Positions 47,350 through 57,309 of a stretch of 61,136 nt of DNA are shown piece by piece (the stretch's first letter is position 1; every line of letters begins with the position of its first letter). Source of the stretch: a virus. Its lineage: Duplodnaviria; Caudoviricetes. Where the stretch lies: the IMG/VR virus record IMGVR_UViG_3300019124_000008, positions 1 through 61,136 of that record; one strand, written 5' to 3'. The translations under genes and the position numbers were made by a program. The notes below the pieces were generated by a model. The model searched no databases and was not told the origin of the DNA. It was given only the letters and a program-made list of their open reading frames with translations.

Positions 47350-47898
47350 ATGAAAATCACCTTAAACGCAGTCATCCCGAAGAACTTCGAGTGGATTGCT
47401 CGCATTGCGCGAGACGAGTACTCGAAGACGCTCGCTTCGGCGGCAGAAGGTCAGTACCGGGAAATCGGTCGGCAGTTCGCCGTCGAGGATGCACTCGCTT
47501 CCGGCGAGACTTGGAAATCGTTTCAAACCTCGCCGATTGAAGTGCGCGGCGACCGGATGCAGGTTTCGCTATATCCGACCGGCGACCGAGCCAAGGTGAT
47601 GGCGTTCATCGAGTTCGGTCGGCGACCCGGAAAGATGCCGCCGCCAGCGGCAATCCGCGAATGGCTCGAAGCGAAAGGCTGGATTGGCAAAGGCGAGGAA
47701 GGCACACACGTTGACGCGATCATTTGGTCGGTCGCCAGAGGCATCGGCGAGTACGGCATCGAACCGAAACATCTGCTTGAAAAGGCAGAGAACCGCTACA
47801 AGCCGAACATCGTCCGAATGTTTGAAGCGGCAACTCGCCGCATCGCTCGGCGCGTCAACAGCCGACTCAAAACAAAGTCAACGATCAGGAAGGGTTAA
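47350..47898 (+). CDS. Tail completion protein (HK97 gp10-like)
   Basis: FIEFGRRPG, G..PKH motifs. Confidence 0.7.
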   Translation: MKITLNAVIPKNFEWIARIARDEYSKTLASAAEGQYREIGRQFAVEDALASGETWKSFQTSPIEVRGDRMQVSLYPTGDRAKVMAFIEFGRRPGKMPPPAAIREWLEAKGWIGKGEEGTHVDAIIWSVARGIGEYGIEPKHLLEKAENRYKPNIVRMFEAATRRIARRVNSRLKTKSTIRKG

Positions 47899-47907
47899 AA
47901 GACATTT

Positions 47908-48387
47908 ATGGCAATTCGAGACAAAGACGTTAAAGACGCCATCGGCGCGATTCTGCAAGCGGGTTCCGGCGCATCGACCCGCATCGTCAAGCGTTGGAAG
48001 CTCGCGCTTTCGGCGCGTGACTGGATGGCGGTGCTTCGTTCGGTGCAGAACGACAAAACGGTTGACGGCTGGTACGTCACCCGCGTCAAGCGGCGGTCGA
48101 AGAAAAAGGGAGCAAATCATTTTGAGTATAATTGGACGTATGCCTTGTGGTACTTCCGCTCTTACTCGGAAGGCAACGCCGCGACCAACTCGGAAGACGA
48201 ACTGAACGAGCTTCTGGAGCGGGTCGCCGAGGAACTCGAAAACGCTCCGAAGCTGAACATCGACGGCAGCGCGGAAATGCAAATTGACGACCACAGCGAG
48301 CTTCAGGTCGAGAACATCGACTTGATCGACAGCAAGGTTCACGTTGCTCAATGCTTCCTGACGGTCAACCTGACCAAGCAGGGGTGA
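47908..48387 (+). CDS. Putative tail terminator
   Basis: Synteny. Confidence 0.55.
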   Translation: MAIRDKDVKDAIGAILQAGSGASTRIVKRWKLALSARDWMAVLRSVQNDKTVDGWYVTRVKRRSKKKGANHFEYNWTYALWYFRSYSEGNAATNSEDELNELLERVAEELENAPKLNIDGSAEMQIDDHSELQVENIDLIDSKVHVAQCFLTVNLTKQG

Positions 48388-48473
48388 CCGATCACGCAAA
48401 AAATTTTTACCTACCTCTTACGTTATAACGTAATACTCACAACCATTCACACAGACGACTCCAAGGAGAAAAT

Positions 48474-49535
48474 ATGGCAGACAAACTCATTCTGAACAGC
48501 GTCATCGGGGTATCCGCTGAACCCGAAACTACGCTCAACGACATCAAGACAGCGGCGGCTGAGTTTATCGGCGCGAAGACTTCGGCTCTCGACATTCAAA
48601 TTCCGAACATCTCGCAGATTCTCGACGCCGGTTTGATCGGCTCCGGCGACGAGTTCGCGCAGAGCTTCACGCCGGATTACATCGAGCATACGGGAATCAC
48701 CTTCAGCGACCGCCTGAATACGTCGCTGTTCGCCATGCTCATCAAACGCCTGATGAGCGGCATGGTCACGACGACCGAAGTCGATACGGGAGTTTACGAC
48801 CACGTTATCGAAATGAAGGCGTCGAACCTCGACCCGCAGCTTGAAAGCTCTTCCATCGCGTTCGAGCTTGGCGGCTTGGATTTGATCTTAGGCGGAATGG
48901 TCGGCGACAACTGGACGATTCAGGCGTCTTCGGGTTCGGCTCCGACATTCTCGGTTCGCAAGACCGGAACCGGCTATTTCGAGTATATGTCGGCGCAGAC
49001 CCCGGCTTTGGTCGTACCGGCGGCGACCGCTCAGAACTATGTCGGTCAGGCGGCTCAGACGTTCGTACAGTTTAACGACGGAACCGTCTTCGATCTGACC
49101 TCGCTCGGTCGTGTCGAATCGGTCAATCTGCAAGGCTCGAACAATCTTCAGACGAACGACCGGCGTCTCGGCGACAGCCTGAGAGCTTCCGGCGACAACA
49201 AATCCGGCGCGTATGTCCGGCGTCTGGAACGCGGAGAAAGAACGATGAGCGCGTCGCTCGGCGTGTATGTTTCGACCGACCGCAGAGGCTACGCCGCGCA
49301 TTTAGCCGGAACCGAGATCACCAACTTCTCATACAAATCGGTCGGCAACAAGATCGGCGCGACTGCTTACTTCCACGAAGTCGAGTTCACGATGCCGCGC
49401 TCGGTCATCACGACCCCGGCTCTCGGCGGCGACCGCAAAGGCATCCTGACCTTGAACTTCGAGCCGATGATCGCTCCCGGCGAAGACGGAGTTTACAAAT
49501 TCCGCATTCGCAACACTTCGGCGACGCTCGAATAA
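48474..49535 (+). CDS. Major tail tube protein
   Basis: Position, size, Y.H motif. Confidence 0.7.
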   Translation: MADKLILNSVIGVSAEPETTLNDIKTAAAEFIGAKTSALDIQIPNISQILDAGLIGSGDEFAQSFTPDYIEHTGITFSDRLNTSLFAMLIKRLMSGMVTTTEVDTGVYDHVIEMKASNLDPQLESSSIAFELGGLDLILGGMVGDNWTIQASSGSAPTFSVRKTGTGYFEYMSAQTPALVVPAATAQNYVGQAAQTFVQFNDGTVFDLTSLGRVESVNLQGSNNLQTNDRRLGDSLRASGDNKSGAYVRRLERGERTMSASLGVYVSTDRRGYAAHLAGTEITNFSYKSVGNKIGATAYFHEVEFTMPRSVITTPALGGDRKGILTLNFEPMIAPGEDGVYKFRIRNTSATLE

Positions 49536-49559
49536 ACCAACCAACATTCAATTCGATTT

Positions 49560-49604
49560 TGGGTCATTTGGTTCACCGCTATATGCGATGACCCAGATGA
49601 CCCA
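49560..49604. repeat. 45-bp four-box element, copy 12
   Basis: Core CCGCTATATGCGA. Confidence 0.9.
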
Positions 49605-49654
49605 AATTTCAAACGACTTTCAAAAAGGGGAAAACCAAATAGGACTCAAACTTT

Positions 49655-50509
49655 ATGGAACACATTCAAAACGACCAAACGACCAACAACACGGAATTTA
49701 ACACGACATCCGCAGAAAACCCGAAGTTCAAATTCGACTTCGCCAACTTCGAGTCGAGCATCAACGTCTCGACCGACCCGACCAAGCCGAAGATCGGTTC
49801 CGCGAGAATGCGTAAGCCTTCGCTCGCCGAACTGATTACCCGCGAGGAAAAATCCACGACCGAGATCGTTGAGGTCAACAACACCGAAGACAAGATCAAC
49901 GTCGAGGAAGATCGCGGCAACGCTTGGCTCTTCCGGCAGATCGCCACGCACCTGAAAGGCTTTCGCTTGAAAGGCGAGCCGAAGGAAGCGGCGAACGAAT
50001 GGCGCGAAGTGAGCGAGGAATTGCTGGCTCAGATTCCCGCACCCTACGCTTCGGCTTTCATTCGCGGCATTTACCGGGTGACCGCCAAATTCGTTGAAGA
50101 CGAAGACGAAGGCATCGTGCTTGGCGGCACGGAAACGCTGCCGGTCGATCTGATTGTCGGCAGCGAGGAAGACCCGATGTTCGTCATCCGGTTCGACATT
50201 CCGGCTCCCTCGGAATCGGAACTGGCTGAATATGCGGCATTGACCGAGCTTCGCCAGCCGAAGACCGGCTCGAAGAACAAATCGCGCATCGTCGTTGATC
50301 TTAAGCAAGCGGCTCGCTTCTTTGATCGGATGATGGAAAAGGCAGACGCGATGATCTCCGACAACGCGACCGTGCAGGGTAAGACGTTCGCGGAAGTCAA
50401 GGCGAACCCGCTGTCACGCGCCACGTTCCTCGAAGCCGTTGACGCGAACTACAAGCGCAAGGTTCTCGCGGCGGCGATGAGCAAATACTCGGCGAAAGTA
50501 CAGGACTGA
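49655..50509 (+). CDS. Tail assembly chaperone
   Basis: Between tail tube and tape measure. Confidence 0.65.
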   Translation: MEHIQNDQTTNNTEFNTTSAENPKFKFDFANFESSINVSTDPTKPKIGSARMRKPSLAELITREEKSTTEIVEVNNTEDKINVEEDRGNAWLFRQIATHLKGFRLKGEPKEAANEWREVSEELLAQIPAPYASAFIRGIYRVTAKFVEDEDEGIVLGGTETLPVDLIVGSEEDPMFVIRFDIPAPSESELAEYAALTELRQPKTGSKNKSRIVVDLKQAARFFDRMMEKADAMISDNATVQGKTFAEVKANPLSRATFLEAVDANYKRKVLAAAMSKYSAKVQD

Positions 50510-50934
50510 GACAGGCGGTAAGTGACCACGTTTTCAACTATCTCGTCGCAGTTGAAGAAAGCGGCGGCTTCCGCTGTCCGGGTGAGATCGCGTGTCGCAA
50601 GGGAGAGGGTCGCTACCCGCTTCTTTCCCGCGAATCAGACGGTGAGGTAGATGAGAGGACAGGCGAGGCAGACGCATCAATGGTCTGTCCTCAATGTCCT
50701 CTTTTTCGTACCAAGCCGGGAACCGAGCCGCCACACATTACCGCTTCTGTTGCCTACGCGATGAACCACGAAGCCAAGGTGCAGATGGGTTATCGCTTGA
50801 GCGACGAAGATCGGCTGACGCCGATTCAATGGAGTGCCTGTCACGGTTTGATCGCCGGTCGCGCTCGGTTCGATGAGTGGCGCGATGCGGAGAACCGTGA
50901 GGAAATCCAGAAGAACCAAGGCAACAGGCAATAA
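50443..50934 (+). CDS. Tail chaperone extension (gpT-like, probably reached by -1 frameshift)
   Basis: -1 frame open 50443-50934; first ATG only at 50680. Confidence 0.5.
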   Translation, partial: RELQAQGSRGGDEQILGESTGLRQAVSDHVFNYLVAVEESGGFRCPGEIACRKGEGRYPLLSRESDGEVDERTGEADASMVCPQCPLFRTKPGTEPPHITASVAYAMNHEAKVQMGYRLSDEDRLTPIQWSACHGLIAGRARFDEWRDAENREEIQKNQGNRQ

Positions 50935-51006
50935 TTTCCTCACCCCAAGGAATCTCCCCTCACTCTCCCACATCACTCACCGACAAGGAACTCACCAACA
51001 GCAACT

Positions 51007-54000
51007 ATGGAAGAAAACACCCTACAATTTACGATTGCGATTGAAGGCACGGAAAAGGTTCAGTCCGACCTCAAGACCGCTTTTGGCGGGATTGACAAAG
51101 CGGTCAAAGACCTTTCCCGTAAATCGGTCGGCGACCTTCAGACCATCGGCATCGAGTTGATGGAAGTCGTTGACAAATTCAACCAGCTTTCAAAGGCGGT
51201 CGGCGTTGACCCGAAGTTTCTTCGTCAGATGATTTCCTATATGCGCGAGCTTGAGCGCGAGGAAAACCGCATTCAGGATGCGAGAGCGAAAGCCGCTTCT
51301 CGGTCGAATCAGGCGGAACTGGCGAGAATCAGGGAACGCAAAGCGAATCTCGAAGCGGAGCGAAGAGCCAAGGAAAAGCTGACGCAAGAAGAGATTGCGA
51401 CCGAACGGAAACTGGCGCAGATCAAGATTCAGTCGATGAATCGGTTGAGCCGCATCCGGCAACAGGCTCATACGGAATTTATCAATCAAATCAACCAGCA
51501 GAACAGAAAGATCAAGGAACAGGCAGACAAGCAGATCAAGGAACTCGAACGGATTCTCAACGTCAAGAGCGGCGGCTTCGGCAGCGGCTTTTCGCAAGGC
51601 GCGGCGAACGTCTTCACCGGGAAGAATCACGGACACTTCTCGAACATTTTAGGCGGCTTCGGCGGCGGCGGTCGCATCGGCGGCACACTCGCGGCGGCAA
51701 TGGACGGAGCTTTCTCCGGGTCAGGCGGCGGGATGGCTGGAATGGCTGGCGGTTTAGCAGCCGGAGCCGGTGTCGGCGCGATGATTGCTCTTCTGACTGC
51801 ATACGTTGCGGCAGTCAAAGCGGCTGTCTCGGCGACTTGGGAATTTTCCAAGGCGGCGGTGCAGATGGCGGCTGATTTCGAGCAGACGCTCAACTCGGTC
51901 GCGGTATTTGCTGGCGGCGTCAACGCGGCGAGCGTCGAGCTTGAAAAACTTCACGAAACCGTCTCGAACTCTCCGGGTCTTTCGATTGAAGGCGCGGAAG
52001 AAGGCTACCGGCAGCTTCGCGCTCTCGGATTCGAGGCTGACAACGCTCGGAAATTGATCGAGGGTCTCGGCAACATTCGCATCACTTCCGGCGCGAGCGA
52101 GCAGTCAATCGAGCGCGTGATCGTCAACCTGACGCAGTTACAGGCTTCGACCGCGAGAGCCGGTCAGGATATTAAGGAAATCATTCACGCTTTACCGGCA
52201 ATGCGCGGCATCTTCCGCGAGGCGTTCGGTTCGGCTGACGCCGGTACAATCAAGGCGGCAATCGAGCGCGACGGCGAAGCGGCGTTCAAGAAACTCGCCG
52301 ACGCGATGGCGAATGCCGAAAAAGCGGCTCCCGGCTTGAATACGGCGTTCACCGCGCTTCGCAACGAGTGGATTTTAGCCTCGCGTGAGTTCGGCAAACC
52401 GATCTTGCCGGTCTTGACTCAGGCGGTCATGGATTTGACCGGATGGCTCAAGTCGAACAAGAGCGAGTTCCGCGAATGGGGAATGGTCGCCGCCGAAGTT
52501 CTCCGCGATACGGTCGATCTCGGCAAATGGGTCGTGGAGAACATCGACTACTTTACGCCGGTCTTCCAGATGGCGAAGTCCGTCAAGGGATGGTTCGGCG
52601 TCAAGGATAATTCCGAAGAGGAAAAGCGGATTCGCAATCTGAAGGCGGCTGAAGAAGAACGGCTTCAGGCAATTGAAGACGCGAAAACGAGAGCGACCAT
52701 CGAAGAGGAAAAGCGTCGGCAGAAGGAAATCAAGTCAATCGAGCAGTACTCGAAGCTGCGTCAGCAGACGCTTGAAAACGCCTTCAAGCTCGAAGAAGCT
52801 CGCGTTTCCGGTCTGTCGGCTTATACGGTCGAACAGGAAATCGAGAAGACCCGCTTGCTGTCGGACGTTCGCGCTCGGCGCATCAAGGCGCAGATGGCGT
52901 CGGAGACCGACACCTTCAACAAGCTGATCGCCTTGAACAAAGGCAACAACGAAAAGATTCTCGAACTTGAGATCGAAAAGTCCGAGACGCTCAACAACCT
53001 CAGAACCGAATTGCAGTTGAATGAAATCAACACGATGCAAGCGATTCGTGAGGGAGAGCGTCGAATCCGCGAACAGCGGCGGCAAGACGAAATCGAGTTC
53101 AAGAACTTCCAGTTGAGCGCAGCCAAGTTCAATTACGAACGGGTGGTTGCGGAAGTCGAGCGCGGGTTGAGCAAGCAGGTCATCAGCACGACCTCTGCTT
53201 ATGCGACCTTGCGCGATGTGACCGAGCGTTACTACGACGACGCGATTCGCATTCATCGGGAACAGATGATGCTTCAGCTTGAAGATTTGTCGCTGACCGA
53301 GGCGCAGCGGCGAAACATTCTGGAGCGCGGGTTCCTCGAAGAGCGGCAGTTAGCCGAGCAGAAGAAGAACGCGCTGCTGAAGATTCAGGACGACCAACTG
53401 GCGGCTGAAGAGCAACGGCGCGAGCGCAGTCTCCAGCGGCTCAAGGCGTACTACCAATCGCTCGGCGAAATGGCGAGTGCGGCGGCTGGATTCTTCAACC
53501 CCGAAGGATTCAGTTCGCGGCGGCTCGGAGATTTCCGAGATCAGATTCTCGGCAACGCTCTTCGGCGCGAATCGAACCGTCTGACCGACAATTACGTTTC
53601 GGCTGAAAATGCGTTTCAGACGATGGACAGAGCCTTCTACGGCACGGAACTCGGCGAGCAGCAGCAGAAGGCGTTGGACAAGGCGAAGGAAGCCTCAAAG
53701 CAAGCCTACGCCGAGATGAGCCGCGTCAACCAGCAGCTTGTCGAACTGGAGCGCAACCTGTCACCGGCTTACTCGGAAATGGATAAGCTCGGCGAATCGG
53801 TCAGCAAGGCGGCTGGCAACTTCAAGGCGTTCGATGAAATCCTCAAAGTTTCCATTCGGGAACGTCACCGGCTCGAAACCGAGTCGATGACCAAGGAAAT
53901 CGAGAACATCGAGAAGCGGCTCGCACAGGCTCGGCGCGATTATCAGGAACGGCTCAAGGAAAGAAATGCCGATATGGGTCGCAGCATCGAATCGGTCAAG

Positions 54001-56034
54001 AAAGACTTCGGCTTGACGGAAGACTCGGAGATGGTGAAAACCTACCGCAGCCTTATCAAGCTCAACGAAGACTTTCTCTCGATGTCGAACGCGCCGGACT
54101 TCATCCCGCCGACAGATCGAGCCATTGAACTGAACGGCGAGCTTGAGCAGATGAGGATGAACCTCTTCAACCTCGGACTCAAGCAGCGAGCCGAAGAAGC
54201 CGACGCCTACGCCAACTCGCTTGACGGATTGGCAGAGCGGCTTCAGATGCTCCAAAGCGGCGATGCCGGTGCGGTCAACTCGGTTCTCAATGCGGTCGGG
54301 AAAGACATTCTGCGCGAGCGGATTGCTCTTCTCGAAGAAAACATCGAGCTTGAAGCGCGGATTGCGACGGTCGGCGACGACTCGGCAACCCGCTACCGCA
54401 ATGCGTGGCTTCGTGCGATCTACGACGTTAAATCGGCTTCCGAGCAAGCGCGTGAATCGCAAATCCGCTCGCAGGTCGAGATTGCCGATCAAACGGTCTT
54501 CAACGCCGACCGAGCAAGAGCCGGAATCATGGAAGCGATGGCTGGAGCCAAAGGCTACACCGAAATCTTCCAAGACGCCTTCCTCTCGGTCAACGACGCG
54601 ATTGCCGATGGACTTTCCGCGTTGACCGGCAAGGCGACCGAAGGCTTGGGTGCGTTCGGTCGGGTGCTGTCGGACATTGCGAGCCAGCTTCTTCGGATGA
54701 TTACCAATCGCCTGATGATGCGGGTTCTCGATATGATGCTTCCCCCGACAGCGGGTGTCGCCGGAGCCGGTTCAGGCGGCTTCAAGATCGGAAATATCTT
54801 CCGGGGTATTTTCGGCGGCGGCTCACCGCTCGGCATCAATCTCGGCGGCGGTGCTTCTTCGGGTACTTCAGGCGGCGGTGGTGCGTCGGCTCTCGCGCAA
54901 GCGGCGGCTGGCTGGATTACCGGCGGCTTTAACCCGAACGCCTCGCTCGCCTCGGCGGGAACGGCTGGAGTCGGCAGCGCGTTTGGGTCAATCTCGTCGC
55001 TCGGTAAAAGCGATCTGCTCAGTACAATCGCCGGTCTCAACAGCCGGACTCCCGATTCCGTTCAGGCTCCCGGCGGCGACATCATGCGAACCGCCTTCGG
55101 TCGCAACGGCGCGTTGCTCGGCTCGTCAGGCGGTTGGGGTAATCTGCTCAAATCGTTCGGCGCGATGGCTCCGATGCTCGGTCTTTCGCTCGGCGCGGGT
55201 ATTGGCGGCACATCGGTCGGGGGTCAAATCCTCGGCGGCATCGGCGGTCTTGCCGGTGGTCTCGCGCTCGGCATCGGAACCGGAGCCATCGGAACCGGCG
55301 GCGGCATGATCGGCGGTCTCGTCGGTGCGCTCGGCGGCACGATGGCGGCAACCGGAATCCTCGCGGCGGTCGCGGCTCCGCTGCTGATCGGCGGCTGGCT
55401 TCTGGGAAGAAACAAACGCCGTCGTCAGGAAGAGCAGATCAGAACCGCTCATATTCAGGACGCTCTGACGCAGCTTGAAGACATTCTCAAGCGTGTCCGT
55501 CGTCACGATATGAACGGCGATGAAGCGGTCTCGGCGGCTGAACAGGTGCGCGAAACGTACCGCCAGAACGTCTCTCAACTGAAAGACAAAAAGACGCGCA
55601 ACATCGCTCTGAAAGAGATTAATGACCGCATTAATCCGAAGATCGAGCAAATTCGTGCGGCGGCTCGCGTTGCCGACGAAAATCGGAAGCGGTTTGACGA
55701 CCGCATCCCAGAGTTCGCCACAGGCGGCATCGTTCCCGGTCGTTTCGGTGAGCCTCGCTTAGTCCTAGCGCACGGTGGCGAAATCATTGCGAATCCCTCA
55801 CAGCAGACTCCGGCGTTTCTCCAAGCGGCGGCTGAAGCTGGCATCCCCGGCGTGAAGGGATTCGCGCAAAACGGCGGCGGCAGCAATGCTCCGCAGAGCA
55901 TCAACGTCGAGCTTGTAATCGGAACCGACGCGCAGAACCAACTGTTCGTCAACGGCGCGAAAAGCACCAAGGGTTACAACCTGACGATTGAGCAAACCAA
56001 GAAGGCACAGAAATTCCGAGATGTGACCTTCTAA
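51007..56034 (+). CDS. Tape measure protein
   Basis: 1675 aa, helical, Gly/Ala-rich segments, FATGGIVPG..AHGGE C-terminus. Confidence 0.9.
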   Translation: MEENTLQFTIAIEGTEKVQSDLKTAFGGIDKAVKDLSRKSVGDLQTIGIELMEVVDKFNQLSKAVGVDPKFLRQMISYMRELEREENRIQDARAKAASRSNQAELARIRERKANLEAERRAKEKLTQEEIATERKLAQIKIQSMNRLSRIRQQAHTEFINQINQQNRKIKEQADKQIKELERILNVKSGGFGSGFSQGAANVFTGKNHGHFSNILGGFGGGGRIGGTLAAAMDGAFSGSGGGMAGMAGGLAAGAGVGAMIALLTAYVAAVKAAVSATWEFSKAAVQMAADFEQTLNSVAVFAGGVNAASVELEKLHETVSNSPGLSIEGAEEGYRQLRALGFEADNARKLIEGLGNIRITSGASEQSIERVIVNLTQLQASTARAGQDIKEIIHALPAMRGIFREAFGSADAGTIKAAIERDGEAAFKKLADAMANAEKAAPGLNTAFTALRNEWILASREFGKPILPVLTQAVMDLTGWLKSNKSEFREWGMVAAEVLRDTVDLGKWVVENIDYFTPVFQMAKSVKGWFGVKDNSEEEKRIRNLKAAEEERLQAIEDAKTRATIEEEKRRQKEIKSIEQYSKLRQQTLENAFKLEEARVSGLSAYTVEQEIEKTRLLSDVRARRIKAQMASETDTFNKLIALNKGNNEKILELEIEKSETLNNLRTELQLNEINTMQAIREGERRIREQRRQDEIEFKNFQLSAAKFNYERVVAEVERGLSKQVISTTSAYATLRDVTERYYDDAIRIHREQMMLQLEDLSLTEAQRRNILERGFLEERQLAEQKKNALLKIQDDQLAAEEQRRERSLQRLKAYYQSLGEMASAAAGFFNPEGFSSRRLGDFRDQILGNALRRESNRLTDNYVSAENAFQTMDRAFYGTELGEQQQKALDKAKEASKQAYAEMSRVNQQLVELERNLSPAYSEMDKLGESVSKAAGNFKAFDEILKVSIRERHRLETESMTKEIENIEKRLAQARRDYQERLKERNADMGRSIESVKKDFGLTEDSEMVKTYRSLIKLNEDFLSMSNAPDFIPPTDRAIELNGELEQMRMNLFNLGLKQRAEEADAYANSLDGLAERLQMLQSGDAGAVNSVLNAVGKDILRERIALLEENIELEARIATVGDDSATRYRNAWLRAIYDVKSASEQARESQIRSQVEIADQTVFNADRARAGIMEAMAGAKGYTEIFQDAFLSVNDAIADGLSALTGKATEGLGAFGRVLSDIASQLLRMITNRLMMRVLDMMLPPTAGVAGAGSGGFKIGNIFRGIFGGGSPLGINLGGGASSGTSGGGGASALAQAAAGWITGGFNPNASLASAGTAGVGSAFGSISSLGKSDLLSTIAGLNSRTPDSVQAPGGDIMRTAFGRNGALLGSSGGWGNLLKSFGAMAPMLGLSLGAGIGGTSVGGQILGGIGGLAGGLALGIGTGAIGTGGGMIGGLVGALGGTMAATGILAAVAAPLLIGGWLLGRNKRRRQEEQIRTAHIQDALTQLEDILKRVRRHDMNGDEAVSAAEQVRETYRQNVSQLKDKKTRNIALKEINDRINPKIEQIRAAARVADENRKRFDDRIPEFATGGIVPGRFGEPRLVLAHGGEIIANPSQQTPAFLQAAAEAGIPGVKGFAQNGGGSNAPQSINVELVIGTDAQNQLFVNGAKSTKGYNLTIEQTKKAQKFRDVTF

Positions 56035-56052
56035 ACGCGAGAAAACGACGAA

Positions 56053-56097
56053 TGGCTCACTTGGTTCATCACTATAACGGGTGAGCCAAATGAGCCA
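56053..56097. repeat. 45-bp four-box element, copy 13 (arms extended to 56043-56107)
   Basis: AAACGACGAATGGCTCA..TGAGCCATTCGTCGTTT. Confidence 0.9.
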
Positions 56098-56154
56098 TTC
56101 GTCGTTTGATACAATAAATATACTTACCGAAAACACCTACCTACCGGAGACATT

Positions 56155-57297
56155 ATGCCAATTGAAAACTTTCCTTCCAGACTTAAAACTCTGCTCGACC
56201 TCGGCTGGATTCACACCTACCCGGCAATCGACATCACGCTCTCGGACGGAACCGAGCTTCATTACTCGACCGTTGACATCGAGTTCGACGGAACTGTTTA
56301 CGAATCGAGACTGAAGTCGGTCGGCGCGATCAAAACGACCTTAAACTCGGCGGTCAACCGCTGCGAGATGAAATTCGACAACTCGGATTTGGCGGTCGGC
56401 GATGCGCTCGACGGCGGCGACATTGACGATCTGCTCGACAACGCCAAGGCGATTGTTTACCGCATTTATGTGAACATCGACAACCATGACGAAAAGTGGC
56501 GCATCGAGCGGATTTCAGGTATCGTTCAGGCGAGTGTCGAAGACGAGTCCGACGAAGTGAATTTGACGGTCGTCGGTCACGCTTATGCCGGTGGCGGCGT
56601 GGCGAAATATACGGTCAAGCGCAACTGCGTCTGGGATTACAAAGATGGCGTCAACTGCCGCTACTCCGGTGCGCTCGCAACGTGCGATCTGTCGTTCGAC
56701 GGAGTGAACGGGTGCGTCGTGCATTTCGGCTCGACCGAAGAGGCGAAGGCGAACTTCGGCGGCGGTGCGCGTGATCTCGATGAGGAAACCCGACAGGCGC
56801 ATCAGTCGAATACGGGGAGCGGCGGCGGAACCGTCATTATCGCTCCCGGCGGCAATTGCTTCATTGCCGGAACGCGAGTCGATCTCTCGAAGAGGCTTTC
56901 GCTTCCGATTGAATTGATCGAGCCGCGCATGACCATCGAATCGGTCAACCGCACGACGTTCTCGACCCGGCGCGATACGGTCGTGGATACGTTCGAGGCT
57001 GACGCCGAGCGCATCGTCATGCTTCAGTTCAAAAGCGGCGTGGAGATTGGCGTCGTGCCGACGCATCCGTTTCTCGTCGCGCCGGACGAGTTCGAGACGG
57101 CAGACGAGCTTTATATCGGCGCGGAACTTCCCCGCGAAATCGAAGGCAGATGGACGACCGACCGATTGATTGGAAAGACGTACCTCGAAGGAAAGTTTCG
57201 GGTCTATAACCTTCACGCGCTTTATAACAACACCTACAAGGTCTTCGGCTTTCCGGTCAAAAACAATAAGTCACCTTACGAAATCAACACTTACTAA
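56155..57297 (+). CDS. Minor tail protein (gpL-like Cys cluster) with C-terminal Hint domain
   Basis: C.W.Y..C.Y.G..CD..C..H; CFIAGT..THPF..VYNL..VKN. Confidence 0.75.
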   Translation: MPIENFPSRLKTLLDLGWIHTYPAIDITLSDGTELHYSTVDIEFDGTVYESRLKSVGAIKTTLNSAVNRCEMKFDNSDLAVGDALDGGDIDDLLDNAKAIVYRIYVNIDNHDEKWRIERISGIVQASVEDESDEVNLTVVGHAYAGGGVAKYTVKRNCVWDYKDGVNCRYSGALATCDLSFDGVNGCVVHFGSTEEAKANFGGGARDLDEETRQAHQSNTGSGGGTVIIAPGGNCFIAGTRVDLSKRLSLPIELIEPRMTIESVNRTTFSTRRDTVVDTFEADAERIVMLQFKSGVEIGVVPTHPFLVAPDEFETADELYIGAELPREIEGRWTTDRLIGKTYLEGKFRVYNLHALYNNTYKVFGFPVKNNKSPYEINTY

Positions 57298-57309
57298 AAA
57301 GGGGAAAAT

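Noticed and set aside
202-56107. Four-box elements as integron attC sites or simple terminators
   Set aside because: No RYYYAAC/GTTRRRY ends, no integron-type integrase features recognised, uncompensated arm mismatches and no consistent U-tract
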